Assembly (NCBI GenBank): GCA_025786725.1
Contig: JAHLTZ010000011.1
Location: forward strand, 372,001 to 436,000
DNA: 64,000 nucleotides
Direction: 5' to 3'
Origin: Syncephalis fuscata S228
Taxonomy: Eukaryota; Fungi; Zoopagomycota
Shown: piece by piece, positions 10,714 to 25,929 of the stretch
How the letters are laid out: each line of letters begins with the position of its first letter
How positions within the stretch are numbered: position 1 is the stretch's first letter
Notes under the pieces: generated by a model
Databases searched by the model: none
Told to the model about the DNA's origin: nothing
Seen by the model: the letters and a program-made list of their open reading frames with translations, nothing else
Translations under genes and position numbers: made by a program

Positions 10714-13700
10714 TTAATCTAGTTTATCCTTGGATCCTTGACCCATAAATATTTGATGTCGTCTAGTAAATATCCTTACTAAGCGATTACCACCAGCCAT
10801 AGCAATAAATGGTTCGGTGGCCGCCATACAATGAATATGAGAAAATGGCAGTGCCATAGTAGTTAATGGTAATGCTTCATCTTTGGACCGTGCCGATTTA
10901 AACCGAGATCGTAGACCAGGTAATCGCTCCGTCCATGTACGATTTGTATGTAAATGACTATCATTAGTTAATGATACTGGAATGGTCTCTTTAATAAAGA
11001 CACGTTCAGACATCAATTTTATAAAATGATCATTGTGATCTTGATCCAAATATTCATTCTCTAATGGCTGTTGTTGTTGTTGCTGTTGTTGTGCATTAAT
11101 TGCTATTAAAATCAATTCCCAATTGGATGCTTCTGTTGTTCCTAGTGATGTCTGTCTAACACCTACTATTTCTTCACCACGTATAAATCCAATAGCTTGT
11201 CCTTTGGGCAATTCAATACAACATTGTGGTATGGCTGTTAATACAATGTCACACCGTGTATATCCTCGCTATTATTATTATAGTAGTAGTATTGCTAGTA
11301 CTAGTCTGGGCTATGGCGGCTGTTGTCATATCATTGCCACTATCATCATTATAAGGACGTAAAGTAAGGGTCGGTGCATGTACAGTACAGCGACAGTCAT
11401 CAGCATGTGATACACGCCACAATGTGATATCGTGACCTGATCGAATTACTGAAATTGATGTTGATAGATCACCAGCACGGATCCCACGTATAGGCATGGC
11501 TACTATTCGAGTAACTGGTGATGCTGTCTGGTTATTTATAGGAACAAGTTTTTTAATAAATGGCCATCTTTAACCCGCCATATCCATACTGTGCCATCAA
11601 TACAGCCGGCCAGTATCCAGTCTTGATATTCAGCCGATGATTGCTTCTCATAATGACTTGATAGACATACAACTGCTGTATCTGTTTGAACACGGCATTG
11701 CCACTGAATACCCGACTCTATTTCTTCGATTGTGTTATTGTCTGATTCACCATTATTGCTATTGCAGCTTGATGTTGTTTCAAATGATCTTCACTTAAAA
11801 GAGGCATAGGAACTGATATTGATGCTGTTGATAATGACTAGTTGACATGGGCGTTGAAGGTGCTGAAGAAAGCGGTGAAGGATATACATAACTAGATGTA
11901 TCCAATTGCCAAACATTAACAATGCCATCATGGCGGCCGTATAAATATACCGAGCATTTGATGTCATATGTGCTGCTGTTAATCTACTACTTGTAGGTGT
12001 GGATGACGACATTGCCGCCAACATCGATGTAGCTGTGTGATACCATGTATGTTCGCAAATACCAGATATTAGATTCCATTGTTGCAATTGGCCATTTTGA
12101 CGCACTACAATAAGATGCGATAATGTGACCGAGTTCAATAATAAAGCAATAACTGGACTAGCTGGCACGACTGTCGATCCAGCTGGTCCTGGTAATCTAT
12201 TACTGTTGGCTGAGTGACGTTGCATAATACTTGGTTCAAATCGATGTAATGGATGGCCGTCTGAGACACGCCACACACTAACTGATCCATCCTCATAGCC
12301 TGCTGCTGCCCATGTATCTTGTGGATCAAGAAGAACGCATGAGCATAATAGACCGTCAAAACTATCATCTAGACTATGGTGCCATTGATCGGATAGTGGA
12401 TAAAGTCGAATAGGTGACAGAGACGATAAATGGCGCTGTGTTGGACGCCATAAACATAAAATGCCATCAACACTAGCGGATAAAACACTGCCATAACAGT
12501 TGACATCTAATTGATGAACTTCATTCATATGATATGAATCCTGTCCATCGGCCGTATCAAGCCATGTCATCATAGGCATTGAATTGAGAGAGAGCTCAGA
12601 TGTATTCATTCGACGCTTTTTTCTTTCTCTTCGGCTGCCGTCATTACTCCACCATCTCCATCGATTAAACCAAGATGTATCTGCTGTTGCTGCGTTACGC
12701 AAACACAGTCGATACAAATAAGGCTAGCCCGTATAATAGACCCTATAACAATAAGCCACAGACACCAGCTGACTAATAGCGATAAAGACCAGTCGCTATT
12801 TGTATTCGGTTCAAATAATGAAGCTGAGTGGATGGTAAATTAGGCGATATAATAGTTGAAAGATCGTGTCCACCTGATGCTATAATATTAGCAAGCAATT
12901 CTTGTTTAGCTTGTTCATTCAGTAAGGCAATCTCTGTAATATCGTTGATATGAATATGTAACGGTGGTCTAATACTACAGGTAACTGTGTTGGTGGATCA
13001 GGCATAAAAGGTAACCAATTTAAATGACCAAATAACGTTTGATCCCCAAATTTTAATGTATTTTGACTATTTTGATTATTAACCGTGTGGTGTGGTGAAT
13101 AAAACGTATTAATGGTAATAAACAAAATATAATCTAGAATTAGAACTATTAACCCTTGTATATCTAATATAGCTATATTAATTACTTACACCAATGGTGC
13201 TAACTGTATGGTATCGCCGTACTGATATACCCAGCACAGTGACTCTTGATTCACCTATATCAATGGATTCACGTTGTTGTAACCAGGATTGATTTGGTAA
13301 ATTTAGCTGACCATGTGAAGGAAATCGATGGATTTGACGTACAACACGTCGATCATGTAAGTCGGTCAACTAATTATAGTTAATTAGTTAGTTAGTTAGT
13401 TAGTTTAGTTAAATCAAGTATGCGTGTATTAATACAATATAACTTACCTCCAAACGTCTAATATCAATACATAAAATAGGAACAAGAAATAACAGTTGTA
13501 ATATATGGCTGTAACACACAGTAAATACCATCAATAAACAAAATTCCTAATTACAATTATTTAAACTATGTAAATAATAATAACAATAGTAATAGCAATA
13601 ATAATATTAACAATTACCTTAAGTGCGTCTGTACCAAGAAAGAATCCACTCCATAAAATGGCAATTTGACCAAGTGCACCTATTGACATAGGAATACCGA

Positions 13701-15205
13701 CTGCTCTAAATCCTATTTAATATTATTAAAAGGTAATTACTTAATCGCTTAATTAATTATTAATTAGTAGGCTATTTACCACGACCAACACGTTCTGATA
13801 CAGGTAAATCCATCGATGTTGATACAACAGAATTGGTAACAATAAACATATTCTCAATACAGCTAATCAATACCATAAACATGTACAGTTCACATCTATT
13901 CATACATATACACATACATATTATTAATACTGTTATAATGTTACTTTTATATTAGCTAAACTTACCTAGGCATTATCTCGTAGGTTATACCTAATGAGGC
14001 GGATAATCCATAGGACATAGATAGGGAGAATACAATAGACAGTACAGCTGCAAATCCAATACCATTCTTACTCTTTACAAGTTCAACACTGCCTAATGAA
14101 TAAGATGCACAAAAGAATACGCCAGTTAGCATAGCAAATGCAATCACCAGTCCGATAGGTGGATCTAATGGATGTGTAGGTGATCTTATTTCAACAATCT
14201 GTCGTGTATTGTATTTCGTGTGATCAGGTGGTGTAAATTGAATACCTTGAGGCATTCCATTACGTATTAATTCCAATAATGATGAAGCTGTGGCATCTCG
14301 ATGCATTACATGGAAATAGGTTAACACTATCGCATTTGCCGCTTCTACTTGTCCTTGTCGCCAATTATATTTAATGTTAGACATACTGGCAATGGCCAGT
14401 TGATCATCGACAGATGGCCAAATAAATCGATCTATTTGATCTGACCATAGTTTAAACGATTCGACTTCTTGCCATACCTTGTTACTTCCATGACTATCCA
14501 TAAAGGTATTCATTTCATGACTCGTCAATAGTCTATTGAATACATCTTTTGGGGTGATGGTTGTCGCTATTGATTGACGTAGAAGCGACCATGGACTCAT
14601 AATAAAGCACAAACGAGCCTCATCATCGTAGTTGTGAACCATAGGCGGTATCGTAATAATACATCGATCAGTAAGCACAGTAGGTGCTATTTTAGGCGCT
14701 AATAAACGTTCAAGAAATAATTCCATTTGATGGGTGGCATACCATTCATTGATATGTGGTGACTCGAAAGATGTGCTATTATTTAAATTGATCCCTTGTA
14801 GATTAATAAAAAGCCTTTGTACGTGTATTGTATGGCCTGGACCTGCTTCTTCCGCTAATCGATCAATAATAGGCCGTGGCAATACTGGATCGTGCCAGAA
14901 TCGATCCTGATCAATTTGATGTAATCGTAGACGGGCAAATTGAGCGCGTATTGCCGGATAACTCACGCTAAACATAAATAGCAACGAACAAGTAAGATAG
15001 AATGGGGCACGGGCCGCCGCATGTTTGCCCACCCAATAGAATAGATATTTAAGGTTACGTCGTAATAATAGTGGGGTAATGCTTGAAGTAGGATCTACCG
15101 CTACGTTATTATCTTAGGCGGAGAAGCAATAGAAGCGGTCGAAGGCGTATCAGTCGTAATAGACGACGTATCCTCTGTATCAACGGCCAAATAAGGCTGA
15201 GCCAT
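10714..15205 (-). CDS. SCAP: SREBP cleavage-activating protein (sterol-sensing domain plus WD40 repeats), multi-exon with several indels
   Basis: Sterol-sensing domain segments: VELVKSKNGIGFAAVLSIVFSLSMSYGL, IENMFIVTNSVVSTSMDLPVSERVGRG, EFCLLMVF...LCIDIRRLELTDL. C-terminal WD40 segments: SASVDGILCLW, AGYEDGSVSVW. Confidence 0.88.
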
Positions 15206-15245
15206 ATCTTGAATCGTAATAAATAGTATGAGAGCAACAACAACA

Positions 15246-15279
<34 letters not shown>

Positions 15280-15801
15280 TAACTGCAATTCAAGATAATA
15301 AACAATAATGACCAGTCAAGGTTCGTCTTAGTAAACATAAGTAGTAAAAAGAAAGTATATCGTATATTGTAGTGAAACAATAGTTAATAGTAGATATCGC
15401 CAAGAAATAAATGTACTTTATAATATTAATAACGTGTTATTACTTGTACACTTAGTATTTATTAACATAATGATCTACAGTGTTATTTATTAACACTATT
15501 TCAATTTACACACACACACACGTTTATTAGTCCTTCACTCCATCTTGTTCGCTTTACTTTATTACTTGTGGTTTTGCTATTGTAATTGTTAGATCGTGCG
15601 TGTATATTGCCTGTGTTGCATGTGCTACATCAACTATCATGTCCGGTAAACTACCAGGCAAGTATTACAGACTAATAAAGTGCGGAAAATGAAGCCAGTG
15701 ACGTGAATTCCAGTCAATATTTATTAATATGGTATATTTATTAGTAAACAATACGTATGCCAATTATTATTAATACTAACAATATTGATATCAATAAGAC
15801 T

Positions 15802-18800
15802 ATGAATAAGACCAATACTAATAATAATAATATCTACTTTAATAATAGGTCATCTGACGCCTGCTTCGTCGTCGTCGTCGGCGTCTGTAGCCGCAACAGC
15901 TTCAGGAATAGCATCCGGTCTATCATCGACCAATAATAGCAATAGTATGAACCAGCACTTACATCATTTACATGCGGCCACGGTGCCGGTCAGAATACAA
16001 CGGCCCATCGAGCACTAGGTGGCAATGTTGGTCTATTTTCTACTTCATCGTCGGCATCATCCGCATCAGCATCACCAAGTGCGTTTGCGTCACGCGTTGC
16101 TATGGGTCACTTCTCACATAATCGACCTGGTGGTCCATCGTATAGTAATAACAGTGTAAGTGGTGGTGGTGGTAGCAGTACAGGATCGGGTACACCACCT
16201 GTATCACATTTAAGCGCATTTGCTGCTCAAGCATCTGCACTAAGTGGACATGCTCGATCATCACAACAACACACAACACGCCATCACACACACACACACA
16301 CCACCACCACCACCATCACCACCCAACGATTGGTTCTCCATCTCAACAATTAGGGGCCAGTAATGTGGCATCACCACCGGCCAATGCAAATACCCGTCGA
16401 CATGAACAATTACCACCTATTGCTCGTTATCGATTAGTGCCACCTAAATCAACACCGCCTCTTCATTATGAACACGTTAGTGGTAAGTGTATCAATGTTA
16501 GTGTTAATAGACTAGTTGTTCATATTATTGAACTAGAATATCCTGATTACTATCCACATCGACCGGATCAGCCAGAACATCAATTAAGTATTAGTGTTTT
16601 ACAGAATGGTTATAAAACACCTGCATTATTTGAAGTAAGATATATAGATATATAAACGTTTATATTATTTATTTATTTATTTATTTAGAATGAGGCCATG
16701 TCAGCTCGTGATATTTTACATGATCACTGGAAGGATCCACGTACATTGACGGCATTAGATGAATTTTTCGTTGATGTTGCTCGATATCAATCACGTTCAT
16801 TAAGACTACCAAAGTAAGACGATCATTAACATATGATATATACATATTAATATATATATATATCATATTAATATAATAATTGAATAGGGAATCAAGTTGG
16901 AGACCACCGGTTAAATATCGGGTATCGGATTTGAAGAAGGAACAATGGTTACTGGATTTAAGTAATCTTTCTATACCATTACATACACTGGCTCATTCGA
17001 TTCCTACGGGGTAATAGTCTATATAGACTATAAGATAATATATAGTAACCATTGATATTATTAGATTAAAGGGTGAAAAACTACTTGAAGCACTATCAAA
17101 TAGACAGCCGCCACTTGTACGAGCTGTATGGAGTATTAAAGTGACATCATTGGCTGAATTAGTAAGTTGATGGATATACTATATATTGTATATTATAGGT
17201 TATAGGTTATTGACTATAGATGTATTTATTAGGAATCGGTTCTACATTTACATTATCATTAGAGTTGAAAAATATATTGGCTCAGTTTCTAGAGGCTCAA
17301 TTGGCTGAATTGGCAGGTGGTCCTCGATCAGCAAGTACACCAAGTATGGGTTATATGACTGGACGGATGGTAGGAATGCCTTTCGTCCATGGCAAAATGA
17401 GGAATCTCGTCAACGATGGACAAGTCGATGGTGGTATAGGTAAGTAGGCGTATATTAATATATATATATATATAGTATTATATAATTTATATATTATGTA
17501 TTCTAGTACAAAATTGGCTGAATCATTGCATAATGAGGGACTGGTTGAACAGCGCTATTTTCTAAAATGGCTACTTGATCGACTTGCTACATCAGGATTG
17601 GAACAAACTGTTGTATTGCTTCCACTTGTTACGGCTCTTTTAGAAGATATTGTACGATCTCGTGCTCTTTCTCGTCTTTTAATCGATACACTATTAAGCA
17701 AATTACAAACGGTAAATATACGATATAGATATATAGATATAGATATAGATATAGATATAGATATTATATACTTATATATATATATATATATATATACTGT
17801 GTGTTGTAGGTATTTCGTTTAACAGGACTTGATGGTAAATCGCGTCGATTTCAACATGTCATTGATGAAATTACTGTCACTTTACAGGTAGGTTATTTGT
17901 TGTATTATATAAAGTCTAATCATTGTATTAGACATTTGTATTCAATGGCCAGATGCTCTCGTACAACCCAAAGCATGGCATCGATATGACACAACATTAA
18001 AACAATTACTAGCCATTGATTCAGTTGCTATAACCGCTACCGATCAGATTACTGTATTAAAACCTATTTAACTAGAATAGAACAGCGTAATTTAGCCTTT
18101 ACCGTAATCATTAAGGAGCCAGAATTATCTACCATTAAAGTACGTATGCGTAATAACTGTTCATTGGTATTTAACAATAATATATACATTATAGTCATTA
18201 GACGGACTACTCCAACCAACATTACGTGAAGTAACCACACAGAAATGGATCAATCAGGCCCGTCAACAATTCACGACATCAGTTGAACAATTGTGTCGAT
18301 GGGCCATTTGTACGGAAAATAATGAGGATCGTATTTATATTGCACCAGCATTATTGGCTAAATTACGTCAAATAATGTCTAAATCAATTCAAGTGGAATT
18401 ACAATCAATTTTGATTGACTTTCTAGAACAATCCACTGAAGGTATATAGGCAATGGGCAGATGAGAGAATGAAAGCTTATTTATACTATATAGATATTCA
18501 GCGTCTAGTTCGTTTTTATGATCAACTAATACAACGAAATGTATTTTCATATACGCGTTATTTACGTCGATTAGTAGCACGTGGTACATTGCAGAATATG
18601 GTATCAGAATCGGTAAGTAGTTAGTATTGAAATAGCAATAGATTTATTAATGGTATATTATAGTTTTCACAACGTCAAACGGATATTTTGGCGGCATTCC
18701 CGTAAAAGATATGAATTCAGCAGTGGCCAATCAACGGCGTATACTGTTATACGGTGTTAATGTTACTGTAAGTTTTAGTACATCATAGATACATGTTAAT

Positions 18801-21800
18801 TAGTCTACTAATATTATTACTATTACTGTAGTTAAATCCAGAAGATGAAATGGTAGATGTTCTTGTAACACGGCTATCAAGTAAATTGCCATATTTAACT
18901 GCTACTGAATCAACAGCAGTTGATAATGTTTCATTAGCAGCATCTTCATTAACTATAGACCATACTGCTTTACCGACACCGCCATCTCTATCGATGAGTG
19001 GTAGTAGCGGTAATGGTATTGGTGCTCAAGAGTCGGATATAGGTCATCGACGAGTTATACAGTCGGTCTCAACAATGACTGAACCGTTAGTTGATGATGC
19101 TACATTAGATGACGAGCTTCAGTTAGGATTTGACGAGGATACACTTGGTCTACTTAAAGAAAGTAGTCGATACTGTCAAACGCGTATTACACGGCACTGG
19201 CTAATGCCACTAGTTAAGCAATATGTTGTAAAAGAAGTGCAGTAAGTTACTTCAAGTTAGTTATACTATGATTACTTATTGGAAATAACTAGAATTGGTA
19301 TTGATAATTGGAGAGTAATTACTTCACCGGGTTCTTCATTATTAAATGCTCGTCAATTGGCTACTATCATTATGATTATGGAATTAGTAAATGATTCTCA
19401 GACATTAATTGAAGTAAGTAGACACGTTGGCGATATATCGACCTGGTTAGTAACAATAATATCTATTATTACAATAGCTTGTACTATGGGTGCTTGATCA
19501 TACTGAAGACCAAACAATGGGGTTAATTTGCATTGATACACTATTAAGACATGAGACATGTTGGATGGCACTAGATTGGCAAGAGAAAGTATTTGAAACT
19601 GTAACATTAAAGGTAACTAGTATTTACATATATATATACTGTTATATATTGCTATATATTGCTATATATTAATAACTTGAAATGACTATTTAGTATGCAC
19701 GTTTATCGAGTAAAGGTGGTGATTTTGTTGTATTAAATGGACTCAAGCGATTAATTAGTCATGGATATGGTACAATTGAACAAGTAAAAGCAAGAGTAAG
19801 TTTTATATTAATTTAAAGACTTTAAATAACAATAATATATATATATGTATATATGATAGCTTACTGATCCAGGATTTACATTGATTGTAAGTAACTATTA
19901 TAAATATCAATTTAATTTAATTAATACTTTAATTAGATGACAAGTACACCTAGTGGTCTACCATCATTATCGGCCACAACACAATTACCACAATTAACCA
20001 CACCTAATCCGTCATCAATATCACATGGACATTCTAGTATGACTGGTCCCTCTGCTACTTCTGCTACACCATCAGGGCTTATTCAACTACCTGATCGACT
20101 TGATGATATGCGGTTCCAACCATTAGTGCTTGATACACGTCAAATAACTACATTGGCTCAATCCATTTGGTTTAAATACCATGCTGAACCCAATTGGTTT
20201 GCTCGACTACTCGAATCACTTAATGTGTCACTGATGAACATGCCATTGAATTTGTTGATGCCATTAATGCTCGACGGAAGTTACAAGTATTTGCTAATCT
20301 TATTAATCATTTAATACGCGGTGATATTACACTACGTAATGTACTTCAACAATGGATGACTGATCGATTAAATACTGATGAACAAAAGATGGCATCAACA
20401 GCACATAGAAATTGGCGTTTAATTCTGATGCTAATGCTTATTTCTCGTGACTGTTACGATATTATTTATGGTTTAGAAAATGTTATTCTGCCATTATTAA
20501 TAGGCGCAATTGGTAATGAACAGCAAGTAAGTGGCTTATCAGCACTTTATAATAGATCACCGAATTAACGATCATTATAGCAAACATGGGATAGAACGTG
20601 TATTGCCGATTTATTAAGTTGGTTGGCAGCTGCTTTGCTTCAAGTATCAGTATCATCGTCGTCGTCATCGTCGTCATCACCGTCACAGTTCCTTCAATTA
20701 AGTACAAAAGATGCACTATCGCTTGAGACTCGTATCAGTACAAGTATTGAACATTTGGATCAATGTAAACCGATTATTTCCTTGCTTATCCCATTGATTC
20801 AGTTGGAAATAGCCCTTCCACTAAGCGATGCACTACGACATCAGTGTCATTGGTTAAGATGTCAGCTATTAAAGACTAAATGGTTTAAACGGATTAGTTT
20901 AAAAGATTCCGTGGCATTTGCTCGTCATTTAGTAGCACAACGGCCATTGGTATCACTACCACCTACGACAGATACATTTAATATTGTTTTACACTCGGGA
21001 TTAGTTATGTTGGGAGCCTCAGGTAAGTGGCAATTGTAGTCTATTTACTATACTTAACTAGTCTATATTTATTAGAGAGTGATAATTCGCCGAGTGACAC
21101 CAGTTACTTAGAAGCATTCTCGTATGCACTTTGTCATTTGTCACCATGGAACATATCATCTAATCAAGCAATTATCCATTTAACGTTAACTGGACTAGGA
21201 TACGATATGTATGATAAAAAGGTGTCATCTTCATTAGAAGAAGAAAAAGCAACAACAATGGAGATGGGTGATTCGACAACTATGAATATAGATAATCCAC
21301 CGAACAATGACCAATCGATTGCCTGTGCCTTTTTTGATGCTGTTGTACTTCAATCAAATACAGATCTTCAATTATTATTTGAGATTGTATCAAGTTTACC
21401 GGCTTGTGTATTACGTTTGGTAAGTATTTGTATTAATAGTAATGGCAATAGTAATAGTAATAATTTATTAAATCGATACCGTTTAGTTAATTGATCATGG
21501 TCAACAGCTGTTAGATGCGTCAATGTCACAATTCCCAGTTAATGTTTTGGTATTTCCTGGTTTAGCTAACTGTCCCGCAACACTAGCCGCTTCTTTAAAG
21601 CGTTTATATACTATTATGTTGTTATTGCTGGCACGAGCTGATAAGTTTAAAGAAGAGATGGATAAATCATTAGAGAATATGGCCTGTTCACTATTGGCTC
21701 AACTACAAAGATTTGTAGATCATTCAAAAGTAAGTTATTAAATAGTGGTTATCTATCTATCTATCTATCTATTTATATGTATTAATAATGAATGGTTTAG

Positions 21801-23072
21801 GTGTTGGCTATTATGACTTCAAAGGCATTAGATTTTAGTGAAGCTAGTAAACATATTGAACAAGATCAGGTATGTTGATAAATAATAACGATTGATTGAT
21901 TGATTAATTGGTTTATTAACTATAATGAATAGACTGTATTACAGGATCAAGTAAGACTCACTATAATATTACTATTAATTATTTGTATTAACAATTATAT
22001 TATTGATGAACTAGCCCAACGATAAAACAACACTTGATCAGCTGCGTCTTTGGTATGTTTTATTAATTTGATTATTTATCATTCTAACATAAAATATTAG
22101 TATGGAATTACGACTTCGTTTGGTAGTACCGCTTCTGGAACGATTATTGGAACAACCACAAGCATGTGCTACTGGAAATTGGATTATAACACTACTGGAA
22201 CTACTAACGGTATTTAAATGATTTAAAACCAAATACTATTACTAATCACCTACTAATTATAGAGTTCTTTAATGGCTGATACATCCTATTTTGATAATAG
22301 TAATAGCAAGGATATATCAGTGCAACAAAGTAGTATTTTTGAGTTTTCACTTGATTTGCTTTCATTTCTATTAGATGGTAAGCTATTGGCTATTATGTTG
22401 ACTTGTTTAACACTTGATGATTAAATAGAAATACCTAAGGATGTGCGCACACATGTACTTGAGACAATGCGCGTAAGTATATTTACTTTTAAATAGTAAT
22501 GATCACGGTAGATTAAACTGAAATTTTAGACACTTGAGGCACAGCTTGATTTACCACAAGTCTACGCGGAACGTATACGCCGTGTACTACCATTCAAAGT
22601 ACGCTATGCCTACCAGTATACGACACCGACCGAGCTGGCACCACTACTCGATCCATGGCGTTGGCTTGAAGACACACCCATTATTATGAGTCGCCATCCG
22701 GCATCGGTGTCGACTCCAGCTCCGTTCACTCCAAATACCGGCGGTATTGTATCAACTCCCGGTACCGGTGATGATACGGTCATCGTGCCGATTAAGCCAG
22801 ATACACGTAACGATACACCCTTATCACTTGTGCTATTTGGTGCTCGTCGTCTTCAACGAGTCGATTCGCCATTGGTTGAGGCAATACGCAATGGTAATGC
22901 GACGGCCGGATGGTCATACCCCACTGCTGCTGCGATAAGTCCAGCCAATAGTCAACAGGGAGGACTGCACGCTAAGCTGGCATCACCTGAGCCGGGTGAA
23001 CTTGCCGAAGACGGTGAAGCAGTACCTATGCGGCAAAAAAGGCCGGCTGAGGACGAGTTGCCGGATATTTGA
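15802..23072 (+). CDS. MED12: Mediator kinase-module subunit MED12/Srb8, many introns
   Basis: YPDYYPHRPDQPEHQLSISVLQNGY, then the Med12 domain KKEQWLLDLSNLSIPLHTLAHSIPTG|LKGEKLLEALSNRQPPLVRAVWSIK; also LHNEGLVEQRYFLKWL and C-terminal LDPWRWLE. Start codon is approximate. Confidence 0.88.
17722..17796. repeat. (ATATAG)n/(AT)n microsatellite in a MED12 intron
   Basis: Directly visible in the sequence. Confidence 0.85.
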
Positions 23073-23339
23073 TTGATATATTTATAGCTATAGCCATCTA
23101 TACCGGCTATTATTAATTATAGGCCTGCCACTAAATATATACATATACATATAATGATGATAATGTGTAGTTTTCTTGTTTAATGAATTAGCATTTTGTT
23201 AGTTTTCTTTGCTTATTAAAATCTATTTACATCCTTCATAATAAAATAACAAATATAGGTTAAAGCATAATTTATTTAATTTGTATAACTACTGCGTTTA
23301 TCTGTATATAGCATATGTAGATTGTAGCAATACTACATT

Positions 23340-24540
23340 TGACTAACTCAAATGGATTAAATCAACTGCGCCTGCTTATTTCCGATACATCGGCTTAATG
23401 TTTACAAAAGAACCTGTCGATTTGTCCGAAATACTTCTTCCATTAAATAATAAGCTCGGTATACAATTCTACCGCTTGTCTTAGTTTGATAGTTCCAAAA
23501 CCGGTCATAACAAGTACTCGATGAAAATAATATTTCATATTCTCATCATATTCCTGAGTGTTGAATCCCGTGTTTTTCTTGTTGGACTCATATTTTGCAT
23601 TGTATGTACCTTCAATACATTGATAGTAACTTGAAACTTGTCGTTAAATACCACACCTAATCAACTGTTAGACTATTAATAAATATACTATGTTTATAAA
23701 ATTTACATTCAGGTTCAAGCTTATAGTACCATCCTAGCTTCTCTGCAAATAAAATACCTAATTTATGGATACATTAGAGTTGGCAATAGCTATATTTAAA
23801 GCACGTACTTTTTCTCAATTGATTAATCAATATATAAATAGGCTGAATATTTTTTTGAAGTATTTTTCGAAATTCTGGTGAAGGAAACTGATAACTATTA
23901 CCTGTGCTTTTAGTCATATAGCAAATATGTCCAGATTTTGGATTATATTCGTCGATAAAGCTAAAATCAACACTACGAAAGATCGACTTGTCTTTCACTT
24001 GACTATACTGTGTATAAAGATCCTAGTATACATTTGTATAATAATAATGGCGTATTTGTAATTGTATAAAATACCTGATAAAGCAAAAATTTCCTGTCCA
24101 TAGACTTCCAATCCGACGGTTTTTAACTGTTCTTATGGTTTTAGTTACGTGACCACATAGAATGTCAATGGCTTGATCTGCTTGTCCATTTTTATCGAGA
24201 AGATATCCGGAAGCATAGGAAATTTCATTATTACTAGTACTGCTTTTTTCAAGTATTAGTTTATAATTCCCAAATGCAATGTTCTGTCCCAGCGGATATC
24301 CATAAAAATCTTTGTTTTATTAATCATAATACAGTTAATCTAAAACTTAATAAAATAACATAGCTTACCTTTTTGCCGTTTAGTTTGCTTGGGTTTAAAA
24401 TACAATGCAAGCTGTTGAGCACTGTCTTTAATACTGGATGGAAAGATTGCTTGCACTTTGGTAATATCCTGGATACTTGACACGAGCAACAACGCGGCAG
24501 CAAAAGTGCTAATCGTAAATGTGTTGTGGAAAATCATCAT
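23340..24540 (-). CDS. Secreted protein with a degenerate protein-kinase-like fold (about 4 introns; 3' end uncertain)
   Basis: Signal peptide MMIFHNTFTISTFAAALLLVSS. Spliced exons read FIDEYNPKSGHICYMTK...QLRK|GILFAEKLGWYYKLEPE|(C)VVFNDKFQVTI, which resembles kinase subdomains IV-VII without HRD or DFG. Confidence 0.5.
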
Positions 24541-25671
24541 GATAATTTTTAACTTGTCTAGTAAATCAAAGACTTGTTCTAAAAAAGTATTCGTAAATAA
24601 TCATTGAGGATGGTGCAGTTTAACGAAAACGTTAGCCAAAAGTGGAGAGTGAATATTGGTAAAAAGTTTCTTAAGCCTGCGCGGTATTTTATAGCAAATT
24701 TCTACCTCAGAAATTGCTGTATTTATGGGTATGCGGCTGTTGCGGAGTCATGTACTAGGTTTAGTGTAAGGCGGATATTCAACTAACACGGCAATTAGTC
24801 TAATGAGGTAATTGCCATGATGGTATACAGCCAGCATAGAAAGCGCAGTTGCTGAATTTAAAAATACAAAATTACTTCAAGGTTAAATCGCCATTGCCAC
24901 ATTTATTATATACATCTCTAATAGCAAATCATGTGTTAAAACACTTATGATTTAAAATAACATACACGATCAACAGCATTTTAAATATGTCAAGTTAGTC
25001 AAGTTGTAAATATAAAATTTAACACTGTTGATACAAAATAAAAAAATACTTGATCACAGTCTACTACTATGGATCAGTAACGTGTATGGAAAATCATAAT
25101 TTGAAAACAATCTGAATTTTAATGTAAATCAGGCGATAGTTTAAGAACAGTTTATTTGAACATAACAAATGGTATATCCAAACGAAACATTAAATTGTCA
25201 ATGACCCGATCCAAATTACACACTCAGTTTAGCACTGCGCTACAATTTCCTTGTATAGTTTGGCAATCCATTTAAGACATACCATATTTAGTGCTTCTGA
25301 TTCTGCTGCATTCTAAAATATTACTATTAATTTGTTTGTTCTTTGGTCAAGTTTATAGTTATTGTAACTAAATTGATTTACTTGTTATTAGCTATTAATT
25401 CATAAATCAATATATTGGAATTTGACACCAAATACTAATGATGATTGTTGCGTATGATGTCTCTCATTAACCACACCATAAAAGTCATAGATTCTTTTAC
25501 TATATAATATAACCAAAATAATCAATAAACATGATAGTGTAATTATATTATAAAACAATTTATTTGATGTATAAGCTCAGCCAAAGTGTGATTAATGATC
25601 CAATGAATATACTGAATATCACACTAAGGTTTAGTATAACCAGACTGAAATACTCAATTGCTGCCAACATT

Positions 25672-25929
25672 TCATTTGGTATCTGTAATTTTCACCGATT
25701 TATAAGCGGGCCGAGGAACATGCCTAATGGGTTCAATTAATCCTGGCTTATCAAGCGTACGGCGTACTTTTGCTGATTTGGGAGAGGGTCGAGGAACATG
25801 CCTAATGGGTTCAACTAATCCTGGTCCATTAGGTACACGACGTATCAATGCTGGTTTGGCGGTAACCGTAGCCGTACCAACAATAAAAAGCACAAATAAA
25901 GTGCAAATGGTAGTAGTAAAAAGCTTCAT
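25672..25929 (-). CDS. Small secreted Kex2-processed repeat peptide precursor (85 aa)
   Basis: Signal peptide, pro-segment AKPALIRR, and two repeats PGL(V/I)EPIRHVPRP separated by KVRR. Confidence 0.85.
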   Translation of the reverse strand: MKLFTTTICTLFVLFIVGTATVTAKPALIRRVPNGPGLVEPIRHVPRPSPKSAKVRRTLDKPGLIEPIRHVPRPAYKSVKITDTK

